From Phoronis australis (taxonomy: Eukaryota > Animalia > Phoronida), in contig NMRA01000117.1 of NCBI GenBank assembly GCA_002633005.1, positions 665,894-729,893 of the forward strand: DNA of 64,000 nt, given 5' to 3'. Shown piece after piece: positions 13,501-25,500 of this stretch. Below the pieces are notes generated by a model, which made no database searches, had not been told where the DNA came from, and worked only from the letters and a program-made list of their open reading frames with translations. Within the stretch, counting starts at the first letter, position 1. Each line of letters opens with the position of its first letter. The translations under genes were made by a program, and so were the position numbers.

Positions 13501-16500
13501 TAAAGGAACATTACGCCCAAATTTCAAGGTATAGTCACAACTATGTTCAAAACATAATTGACAAGTTATGATCTATTTCTGAGATATTTTCTTAGAATGG
13601 CCATCTTACATTAGATATACCGTATTCGCCGTAATAACCGCCCATGCCCCTATAAGCGCCCCCCCACGCGTTTTCAGACTTTGCTGAAATAAGCGCCCAG
13701 TCCATGAACGTGTACATGCGAACAATGACGTACCAACAGTAATGTCTTCAATTTATCAAAAATTTTTTGCACGGTCTTCTAGACCACCAGCAGCACTGCT
13801 ACGTTTGTATTTAGCCGTGACAAAGTAACGCAGCACTTCAAAAAGAACGCAACAGCGTTGCTACGCTCTCGCGACGACCGTGTCCCATGGTCTGACCATT
13901 CAGTAGACACATCGACTGTCTCCTGAATAAAAATAACTCGGTGTTAAACGCACGTGGCCAGGAAGCACGCGCTACATAACCTGTCATCAAAGACATTAGT
14001 TGGGAACTATCCATTCATGAAGCGGGTAGCATAGCATCGATAAGAAATGAATATTGAAACTAATTTCCGACAATTTCTAATACTATAAACAGGTTTGCGT
14101 TATTTTTGAGATGGATTGTTTGATTAACCATAATTGGTGTTATTAAGCCGAATATCCGATAAAATGACAACTGACAGTGAATGCTTACACACCCTTACAC
14201 CGAAAAATAACTGTCAGATAGTTACGTACGCATTCAGCTACACGGCGACTAATATGGGCCTTGCCGAGACAAATGTCTAAAGTTTTTAGCATGAGACCGG
14301 CAAGTACTGAATGAAACACTCCCTGGTTTAGGCCTACTGCTTGTGCAAATTTCTTTAGACACATTTAGCTAGTTAGATTGCGTGGCTTTGGCCGAAAGGC
14401 GGTCTCTGCTTTGGTAAATGAACTCTGGTCACACGCATGCGCTCGCTTACTCGCAGACGAACTTCAAAACAAACGTCATGTGACAACAACATGTGTGTTC
14501 GTCCAGGCATTTTTCTCGCCGTGATGCCGATCATACATGTAGATGGCACAATGTTGCACAGATTTATACTTAAATCTGCTGTTAATCCAGACTCCACGGG
14601 AACTTAAAAACCTTAGAGACGCTACTTATAAAACTTAATGAGGATTTCAGGTACTTTATCGAAACCATTTTTATTCAAGCATTGAAGTCGCCATATCGAA
14701 GACGGCGATTTCGAAGCAGTCAGTTGGCGAGTTTTCACCCTGGGATTTCAGCACAATTTTCTGTAAAATGATCGTAATTTAGCAGCAAAGTTTGATAGCA
14801 ATGCACCACAGTTTTGTTGAAAGTCTTTCATAGATTACATATATGTCACAGAGTGTAAATTTGATGAATCTTAGCTTCCGATTTCACCCGTTTCGGAGAC
14901 CGGGTTTCAACCGCCTTGGGTTATAATAAGCGCCCCCCTGAACCGAACTTTTCTAAGCGCCCTGGGCGGTTATTACGGCGAATACGGTAAGCAAACTGAG
15001 TGTCACGTTATATAATTTTCTGACATTCCAAAAAAACACTACTTTTTAAAACATAAATTTGGTAGCACTCCCAAAGTTTTTTCATCAATATGTGGACTAG
15101 GCCACAGTATTATGACTTGAACACAAATTGCATTACCTTGTGTTTTTCATCAATATGTGAACAAGAAGACCGCAGTACTATAACTTGAACATAAACTGCA
15201 TTACCTAATGTGTTTCTCATCAATATGTGAACAAGACTGCAGTATTACGACTTGAACACAAATTGCATTACCTAATGTGTTTCTCATCAATATGTGAACA
15301 AGACTGCAGTATTGTGACTTGAACATAAACTGCATTACCTAATGTGTTTCTCATCAATATGTGAACAAGACTGCAGTATTGTGACTTGAACATAAACTGC
15401 ATTACCTAATGTGTTTCTCATTAATATGTGAATAAGACTGCAGTATTGTGACTTGAACACAAATTGCATTACCTTGTGTTTTTCTCTTTCCTGATCAAGC
15501 TCGTGCTGAAGATCTTTGATAGTTTTCACAAGTTCATCTTCAGCACTTCGCTCACTTGCTCTTACCTAATAAACAAAACCAAGGTTCACTTCAGAATAAA
15601 TGGTACACCTACTACACGGTGATAACAGCATTTCACCCTACTTAGAGGACTAAGAACAAAAATTGAATTTACACCTTTTACTCTTATAAAGTCCGACTCC
15701 TTAATGTGATAGGATTCCATTTCCGTTAGCGAATCAAGTCAGTAGCATTACACATACACAGAGCTAGTGACTTTGGTAATGGGAATGGATTCCTATCACA
15801 TTAAAGAATATAATGAAATTGGTGTCATGACAGTTCAGTGCCTCATTCCATTTTCAATTTAGCCAGCTGAACAGTGTGAAATGCAGCTTTAAAGAATATT
15901 GTGTCAAACTGGTAACAACCAGACAGTGATCAGATGTTTAGAGAAGACGAAGGGGTGGACTAGGAGATGGTGCATTAGTTGTTTAAACCTGTACGTCAAC
16001 TACCCTACTGAAGTCCAGGTGCTCCTTTTCAACAAATTAGGTGAGAACTCCTTGACTAAACAAAAAAGGCATCGTTTTATCTGTCATAAGGACACTGCAA
16101 CTGTGTGATCTGTACCGTTATTATATTGAATAAAAAGTTGAGAAAAAGAATTAGGTGAGAACTCCAACAACAGACAATACATTTACATTCACTTTTATAA
16201 ATGGGTATAAAAATTTATAAAAATTTTGATATTGGACTGCTATGATGTACTCACTCGATCAACCAAAACTGTATCTATAGAAACTGTTAGGTTACGTCAA
16301 TTAATGCAAACGACTTAACTAATAAGAACGGTAATGAACATTAAGAGGCAGACAACAGTACATGAGATGCATGCACATGCTTTTAACAGACTCCACTAGA
16401 GGGCAGTGAAAGGCATGCACTCACTGACTTCAGCACCATTCTCATGTCGGCTTTACTTTCGTCTAGCTCCTTCTGGTGTCTCGACCGCAACTGCTCGATC

Positions 16501-19500
16501 TCGTCTTCCAGCTCCTCCATCTTGGTACAGTACTCCTCATTCAGCCGAGACTTCTCGCGGGACACTTTCTCGACGGCGAGCTCAGCATCTGTTAGCTCTT
16601 TCCGCAAACTGTCTACGTCAAGCCCTTGCTTGAAATCTGAGCCTATACAATGCAAGGAATGCACAACACACTCATATGCCCAAATTCTGACCAACTACAA
16701 CAGGCAAGAGCCTTACAGCTGAGCCTGCATAAAATATAGAGCACAGAACAGCCAGTCACAAAATGTCAGCACATAAAGGGTTCTGTCAAATGACAACAAG
16801 CGGAGCTCCTAACTTCAGAAAATACAAAAAATAAGGGATCCAACATATTCTGAATCTTGGTCAGTTACATGCACTTACTGCAAATGTAAATCATCTCGCA
16901 ATAAAACTTGGAATTCATTTTGAAGTGGTTCTCATAATTTGACACCCAAAAAACCAAAGGCTCACAAAACCTATGTAAAACATTTAGAAAAACAACTAGC
17001 AGAGTGTTACAGCGAGATGGCATCACGAAAGACAGCAAAACACTTTTCTTCAATTCACTAATAACCACAAAAGAATTTCCAAATATGCTAACAATGTTGG
17101 TCCTAACACGCTAAAGTACTTACCAGAAGTTTGAGATTGCCTTATCTGTTCTATTTCTTCGTCATAATGCACTTTTACACGATACAGCATGTAACTGAGT
17201 TCTGCCTGGAAGATTATCTCCCTCGCCAATTTCCCTGCATAGTTGCTGGTGGAACTCTCATGGGGAGACAACTCCTGCTCAATGTCAGTAAGGCTCTTAG
17301 CCAGCTTTCCTATCTTACTCTCTAGTTTGCCTTCGTCTGAGAACCCTTGATTTGTATACGTTTCAAGGCGCTGCGACGCCAGCGCCCTCTGCGTGGCTTG
17401 TGTGACCAGCCCAGAAGACAAGACGTCGAAGGACAATGGGGCGGAATCACTAGTCGAGTCAGTAATGGATATCGCACGCTTGGAATGTACGTTCGAATCG
17501 CCTTTCTGCTGGTCGTGGTGTGAAGACACATTGCACACCCGTTTAGAGAGGTAGGCGACTTGACCAGCGATAACGGCCTGCTGAGCAAGCATGTCCGCAA
17601 ACTGAGACACGTGGGGCGGTTTCTCGTTCATCGCGTTCCTATCCTGAACGTTCTTGTTGTGTAGGTCCTCAAAGGCTTTTTCTGCAGACACACAAGAAAG
17701 GAGCTTAGTGCATAGTCTGAATAATTCACTATACAGACATTCAAGATTAATTAACTCAATGCCAAATGTTTCGCTGACAGGCAACATAAGAAAAGCATAT
17801 CAGTAAGCGTAAGGCAGAACTTTGCAGGTCAATCAGTTGACTGTGGTGTTGAACACCTACTTGCAGGTCAACCAGTTGATTGAGGTGTTGAACACTTGCT
17901 TCAGTATAACGTGCTCAGGAAAGAGTGTAACATTAAACCAATCAACCCAGTCAGAATGAAATAATAATCAGCACATGACAAGAAAGTCTGTAAACCTCTA
18001 TATTTATCTTAGGTTTAGAACAAATGTGCTCTTTGATAAGTGACTTGAAAGCTCACGAGGGCACCTTTTAAACCACAATTTGCTTAATGTTTCCAAATCC
18101 AAAAACCTTACCTAGTTCACCTCTTAACACTTCCTTCAGTTGACCCACATCCTGTCTGTTGTCCAACCTGTCCAGAGCCTGCTGGGTAACCTCATGGGCC
18201 ACGCCCGCCGCCAGCTGCACCATCCCCTCCCTGGGGCCGCCTTCCATAAGTCGTTCCAACCTCTCGTCCCTCTCCTCCAACTTGTGTTGCACCGTCTCCA
18301 ACTGGCGCTTCAGTTCCTCTACCTCCTCCCGTCCGGCATCCACAACTGAGCCCCTCCGGTGAATCTGATCCATCATATACGTGACCTCACCTTCGACAAC
18401 AGCACGCGTCACCAGCGACTCGGTGGGGTCTCCATTGTCACTGAACAATGCCCCAGAGATGTCGGTGCGTATCGACGCCTCTCGTGACAACACGCTTGAT
18501 GCACTGATCTCACTCAGCCTCTCCATAACATTCTCCTGTTTCTGTTTCACTTGTCCGATCACCATCTCCAGTTCTCCCATGACGACCATTTTGTCGGCCA
18601 ACAGCGACGCATACGTGACCAGATTGTCTTGCTGCAGCGCCCTCAGTCTGTTTTTCTGCACTTCGCTGTCCGCCTGCTCATTAATAAGTGCAGACTGTAA
18701 CTCTTCAATCTGACACTGCGCATCATCAAACTCCCTCACGTTCCTCTGCACAGCCTGCTTCTGTCGGGTCAGATATGCCAGCTGGCCCAGACACACAGCC
18801 TCCAGTGACAGCTTCTCGGCATAGTTCCTCAACTTTGCCTGAACATCAGGCACGTACTTCTCCTGAGACAAGCACAACAATTTCAGACAATCGTTCACTT
18901 GTGTCAGTTTCTTTTCAATGTCCTTCATGGCATCCGTTTTCTCGTCCATTCGCATACTACTCACACCACTCAGTATACTGGCCATCACCGTACGACACTG
19001 TGCTATCAATCCCTGCAAGCGCTGTGGTGACTCCTTACCATGCCCACCACACTCTATTGCACTGTCTGACATCAAGCTGCTCATATCTTCATTCAGCGTA
19101 GTCAATTTGCCTTCTATCAAATCCGACTGCTGCCTGAGGGCATTATAGGCCGACTCTATCTCCCTATACTCCAACTGCGACTTCTGCAGTCTCGCCTGTA
19201 ACAGTTTGACCGCCTGAAAACACTTGTCATATTTACCCTTCAGAGCCCCATACTCCTCTGAAACAGACTCAAAACTAGTCATAGACTCAACATGTCTCGT
19301 GTACACTAAGTCCGAGATCGCACTGCTAACATTCTCATGCCCGTTACCAAGGTGATAGTCATCCAACAGAACCATCATTTCATCAGTCAATCTCGAACAT
19401 TCCCCGTCACTCGTTTCCAATTGTTCACTTTGCTGGAGAACATTCTTCTTTAAACGCACATTCTCTATCCTTAAGTCAGTCAGTTCCTTTTCTAAACTAG

Positions 19501-22500
19501 TAACATGAGTTTGCATAACACTGACTCGCTCTTGTAGCAAACTATCCACAGTTTCCCCATGATGCACACTCTCCAACTCTGCAGTAAGATCGCTCGTTTC
19601 TTTCAATGAGTCAGACAGCTTGTCTTCAAGTTCTGCGATCGTCTCGTCCTTCTCACGTAGGATGTCTGCCATGTCAACATTAAGGGAGTCCACAATATTC
19701 GACTGTTTTTGGAATCGTTCAATACGCTGTTCTAATGAACGTATTTTTTCGTTCAACTGCTTTCTTTCCATTTCAAAACCACTTTGAACTTCTTTAACTT
19801 TTGTTTTATGATATGATTCACTGGAACGTAATTTTTCCGTATTCTCTTTTAATAATTTCTCAACACTTTGCAATTTACTACACTTCTCCTGAAACTTAGA
19901 ATTAATAGTGCGTAACTGTGCCACCTCTTTAGTTACATTACTAACAGTCTTCGTCTTCTCCTCCAAATCTTTGCGTAATTTCTCCATCGACTCAGTCCTT
20001 TCCTTGCACAACCTATCAGCTCTCTCGAGCTTATTCCTTAGCCTCATAATATCCTCATCTTTTGTGATGTTCTGTCTCTTGGCTTGTTGCAAGTCACTAG
20101 TCAACTTCTTCACATTTGCCCGTTCACCGTTCCAATTCTTGGTCGTCTGTTCCAGTGCTGACTCAACCTCTGTTAGTTGGCTATTGGACAGTTGTAGTTT
20201 GCCCTGTAGTGCACCAATCTCCGTCTGCTGTCTGTTAATGATGTCATTTGAGTCGCTTACCTGTCGCTTTAGTGTCTGCACCTGTAACACAACACATAGT
20301 TTAGTACACACAAATTAATGTAAACTAAAGTTTTCTAATTAGTATGATACATCAAATACTCATTAAAAATCTAAATTTTACATCAGCATGGAGCTACACC
20401 TCATAAATATTCATTAGACTGTTCAAAACACCAGTTGGACATGCAGATTATCAAATCACTTTTCCCAAAGATGCCTTCAACATTCAATCGTATTTCCATA
20501 TTCAACTGCTGGACTCGATAGGTTGAAGGTCTAGAGCATCTGCACAGATAACATAAGATTCCAAGTCAATTTGGGACATAAGTCTTCTTAGACATGAAGG
20601 CATTCAGGTCAATAGAGGTGACAAACAGTAACTAGTTTAACAGGTAAAGAAATATTGATGAACTGAAGATAACATTACCCAACAAAAACAAAGCCAATGA
20701 CTACACAACCTCCAATATTCTGCAGTACCATCTATTGATGGGATCCGCTTTATACAATGTTGAATATCGAAACTAAAAATGTAGCATTATTGTGATGATG
20801 TTGAAACTATAGAAAGATGGATCCGACACTTGATGTGTGATTAATGGATCAAAAGATATCAAATGCACTGACGAAACATAGACAGGTGTCAATCAATAAG
20901 ATGAATCATCAATTATTATCAGTGATCAACAAAGCCTGCAAAGAACTGATAGTAATTTGTTAAGAAAGGGAAATCAAAAGAGATCACTCTCGAGGGTGCC
21001 AGACAATCAGCTTTCAAACACTTGAGTGGAAACCAATCAGCAATCATCAAGAATTTAAACCACAGAATCCAGTAGTGAAGACAGATGAGAATTGATCACC
21101 TAATAATAGTTTCAGTATATAGAATGCAAATCTTTTCACCCTTTCAGTGAATTATTTCACAATATAGCCAAAATTTCTTGACATTGGAATAAACCAAGAA
21201 CACATGTGGCAAAAGGTGGGCCTGCATAAGTGACACAGAGAGGAGAGTTAGGAAGAAAGGGGGAGAAGAGTTTGACAGAAAGGGTGTTGTGGAAACAGAA
21301 GGAGAAAAACAGGGACAAAGAATAAGAGGGAGAGTGGTGGAAAGGGAAGGAAAAAGCAAAGTAGGAAGAATAGGGTGGAAGGGACATGAGGTAAGAGAAA
21401 CAGTTCAAGAAGAAAATGGATGGGGGTAGAGCACATGCGCAGTCAAGCTACCTGGCTGTCATAGGGTAGAGGGCAGGAACACAGCCTAGCCTGGATATAC
21501 TGAAAGGCAAAGTCCGCCTCCTCCTGCATCTCTATCATCTAATAAGAAATGATATGTACTGAATTAAAGGGCAGAAGCGTATCTCAAGGATTGAGCAAGA
21601 AACGGCCATCACAGTGAGGACTGGATATGCAAACAATGAATAGATACTCTACAAGATTTATTTAGGAACGCCATGCACTGAATTAATGGACAGGCACACA
21701 CTATGAGAATAAGCTACAAGGAGTACTATTCCCACTACTATTATACAACCAGCATGGAAGGAATGTTTGCACGAGTGACTGACTGTCATATTTCATTTGG
21801 ATTTTAATAGCAACACATTACTTCTGAGAACTGTAAAGTCAATGCAATGTTTCTGGCTGCATTACAGATGTACAAGTAGATCTTAATACAACACAGACCA
21901 GAACTGTTGGGTCTGCTAGTTCACATAACTCATCAATCTCCAAAATGAAAAGCACGCTGCATAGTAAGATGCTCTTCCACATTTTGCATTATAGAAGCTG
22001 TATAACGTGTAAAGTTTAATTAAAATTAAAATAATAATAATAAAGTCTGCTTCTCTCGCATTACCGTCCAAATATCATGTGCAAGACTAAGAAATATTTT
22101 ATGTGGAATGAGACAAACTGACTTTTTATTGAATATCATGTCTGCAACAAAACTATGTGCGTACCAACCATAGAAAGTGAAATAAATATTTTGTACAGAA
22201 GTAACTACCCACCAGCAAAAAGTGAATGGATACAAGAAATGATTTAGAATGGTTTAGAATGAATAATTATTATAAACAACATAATTATCGTCGTTGTCGT
22301 TGTCATCACTATCTTGACGACAATATAATAAACTTTTCGTCAAACCGATTACATACTGATTGTATCAAATAGTAAGCATACTCAGTGCCGTTCACAAGTA
22401 ACATTGGTGGAAATAATCCAGGGCATCTTGCAGGCAAATTCTTATTCCGAAAAACGTTCGCATTGGCCCAAGAATTAGTCAGGATTCTGAGTTCCATCAA

Positions 22501-25500
22501 ATTACGATGGATTAATATCTGGAAAAATTATTCCTCACCTACGTGGTTTGTTGATTCAATTCTAATTTCGATCATTACCTGTATTATAGGACCACTTGTG
22601 CTGGCGTATGCTTTCTGCAGCACTGACTGTGTAGTATCATTGTCTGCCAATAGGGGCGACAAAACTTTCTAGTATTCATGAATCCTCAGAGGACACAACC
22701 GTGTGTGGAATCAACCCCAAGTTAATTTTTCCAAAAATATTTCTGGGATTTCAAAATACATGGAATGGCACTATAGTGTTACTTTATGGACACTATAAAC
22801 ATTACAAGCACATTTGCTATGAAAAATCAAGCGCCAAGGGTCTGTGACCCTCAGTGCCGAGACACACAGTGTAGGGTAGTACACAGTGGACACTAGGAAG
22901 ATTCACCTGCCACAAAAAACTTGAATGTTTTGTGTTTTAAAAAAATCAGTAATTACCCTTTATCAATTCACGAATAAATGTTTTGCAAAACCAGACAACA
23001 ACCAGGCTGAAGCAGGGATGAACTATGTAAACTTCTGGGGTGCATTCTGAAGAGCAAGTCTCTTGTGAAAACATACAAGATTATGCAAAGTCACACGAGT
23101 GAAAGGGGGCATTTTATGAGTAAGCTTGAAATATTATTAGTGTAGACTAACAAATTGTCCACCAATGTAAAAAGGATTGGCTAGCGACACTGGAATACTG
23201 AATTACTGGAAAAATTCATTGTTTCCGTTTCACAAACGAAGACTTCTCACAAGTGTCTAACGAGCGCCATGCAATATGCAACGCAGGCTTGATCTAATAC
23301 TATGAGCGCACAGAATGGCAAGATATAAACCAAAACGTACCTGCGCAATATATCGAGTCGAATCCGTAGCAAAATCATCCAGAGATTCACGATGACTGCG
23401 CTGTCCCGCATTCAGCTGCGTCTTCAGTCCGACATTATCATCCTGAAGTTGGCTCACTTGTTCCTGAGCCTTCTCCAGCTGAGCTTTCAACGTCTCCACC
23501 TGGTGAACAATCGGAGCAACTCTACACTGACACTCACTCAAACGGATTGTGTGCAACTACTAACACTAGGCTAACAGGAGTTGAGATTAATAAGAAAAGA
23601 ATCACATGAGTGCAATCACTGTGAAACAAGGACAAACATATCAGTCACATGCTGAGAGTGAACAAATGTCAGACGGATATTGCTGCTGCATCAATCAGGG
23701 GCAAGCAGATAGTGTTCCAAGCAGTCCTTTTCATTCAATCAACATGGCAATAATCAATGTAATTAAATAAACTCATTGGCAATTAACTGGCGAACTCATG
23801 CTCAAACAATTTTAGTTGCAGATGCACTGTAACTTAAACAGAAATCAATAAAGGAAAGTGACAAATAATGACAATCTCTGAAAGGCTGACAAACAAGGAC
23901 ATGGTATTGAATGAACATATTTTTGTCACTGAATTCACCACAAGATGGTACACTGGATAGTGTAAATAACAATTTCTACGCAAACTCATAGACAAAACAC
24001 TAAATCTAGACAACACCAAATAAACTAAAGCCAGTGGTTAACAGCAAACTACAGCCACACTCCATGTAACACGCAATTAAAGCAACACAGTCTGTCTAAC
24101 ACACTGTTAAAGCAACACCTTCCACTTACTGGCTTCACACAATAGGTGGGCTAGACAAAATTAGAGTGTGAACATTCAAACTGTGATAGTAAACACATAA
24201 CCATCCTTCTAACATGCTGAACAAATTTCAAAAGGACAAAGCACAATCTAGTGTGTTATACCACCGCAAACTGCAACATGTGCAAACCGAACAAATTACT
24301 CGGTGAAATATTTCAAACCATTAATAAAATCCAGATTCAGAAGTCTATTTCCATCAATATGTACTGTTCCCTTCTCATGAAACACCAACTTGCGGAAACT
24401 GAAGTTTTGGCAACCAGAGAGTTCCCCAAGTACTATTCTACATCAGTCGTCTGTGGGTTGTTTTGAAGACTCAGTCCTCAATGGACCAGACCTGCGTGTC
24501 TACTACAGACAGTCGTCTACTTTAAGTTGTCATCTATTGACCACCTACCTCAGCTTCCAACAGGTCAACCAACACTTTCTCACCACTGTCGCTTGCTACC
24601 TGTAACTGAATCACAAACTGTACTCACAACATGAACAAAGTAGAAACCTAAGACTGCACATCAAATTTAGTTTCAATACTATGAAAAATTCATTGCCCCT
24701 ACTATACACAAGAGCAATGCAGAGCGTTGATATTCGCCTACTGTGTGCATCGCATAGCCGAGTAGAAACAAAGGGGTGATTACAATATTAAACACTCCCT
24801 TCAAATGGAGCAAAGCAAGTAAACATATAACAGTGCCCAGGGGTGTACAAAGCAAATCAGCAATGCTCTCTTCAATAGGAGCCCACCTGCCAAGACGGAA
24901 AAAAACAGTTAACAATGGCCACGTCGAATCCGTTCGAAAACGCAAATGCGGCGTCATCTTTCTAATAATTTTATATACATATTTGCAAAATTTCATGAAA
25001 ATCTGTAAAGGAACACCAGAGATACAGAGGCAAACGTAAAAAATAAAATTGACATTAGGGAGCACACTGGTAGAAGAAGCTGTCTGAAGCCGCCCCATCC
25101 CTGATAGGAACATGTGTGCAATATTTCATGAACTTACATCCAAGGGGTTTTGGAGATGCAGTAGCAGATGCTGGAAGGATGGTCACAGGTGACAGCATAA
25201 TGCACTTACATATAAAAATGTGGGTGAATAAAAGCTAATTACAAGGGCTAGATGAGGATTTCTACTAGTCCTAAACTGTAAGAAGTCTGGGGCCCTGGTA
25301 ATTTTAGCTGTTATGGTTCTAGAGTCCCCTCCTTAAAGCTCGTGTAGAGAATTACAAGTATCACAACATGAAACCTCTTTCATCATCCTCAAAACAATTG
25401 TGGATGCCCCTACCTGAATAGCTCTGATAACCGAGCACACTCAGAAAGACTGTAAACACAACGAAACAACATTCCTAGATGCTGAGTGACTTTACCTGTT

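Noticed and set aside
18140-20318. Plus-strand ORFs antisense to exon 14
   Set aside because: Shadow ORFs of the coiled-coil coding strand; Ser/Leu/Phe-rich with no domain signal.
22579-22668. Possible additional phase-0 exon (good donor CAG|GTAATG)
   Set aside because: Candidate acceptors lack a polypyrimidine tract; no homology evidence.
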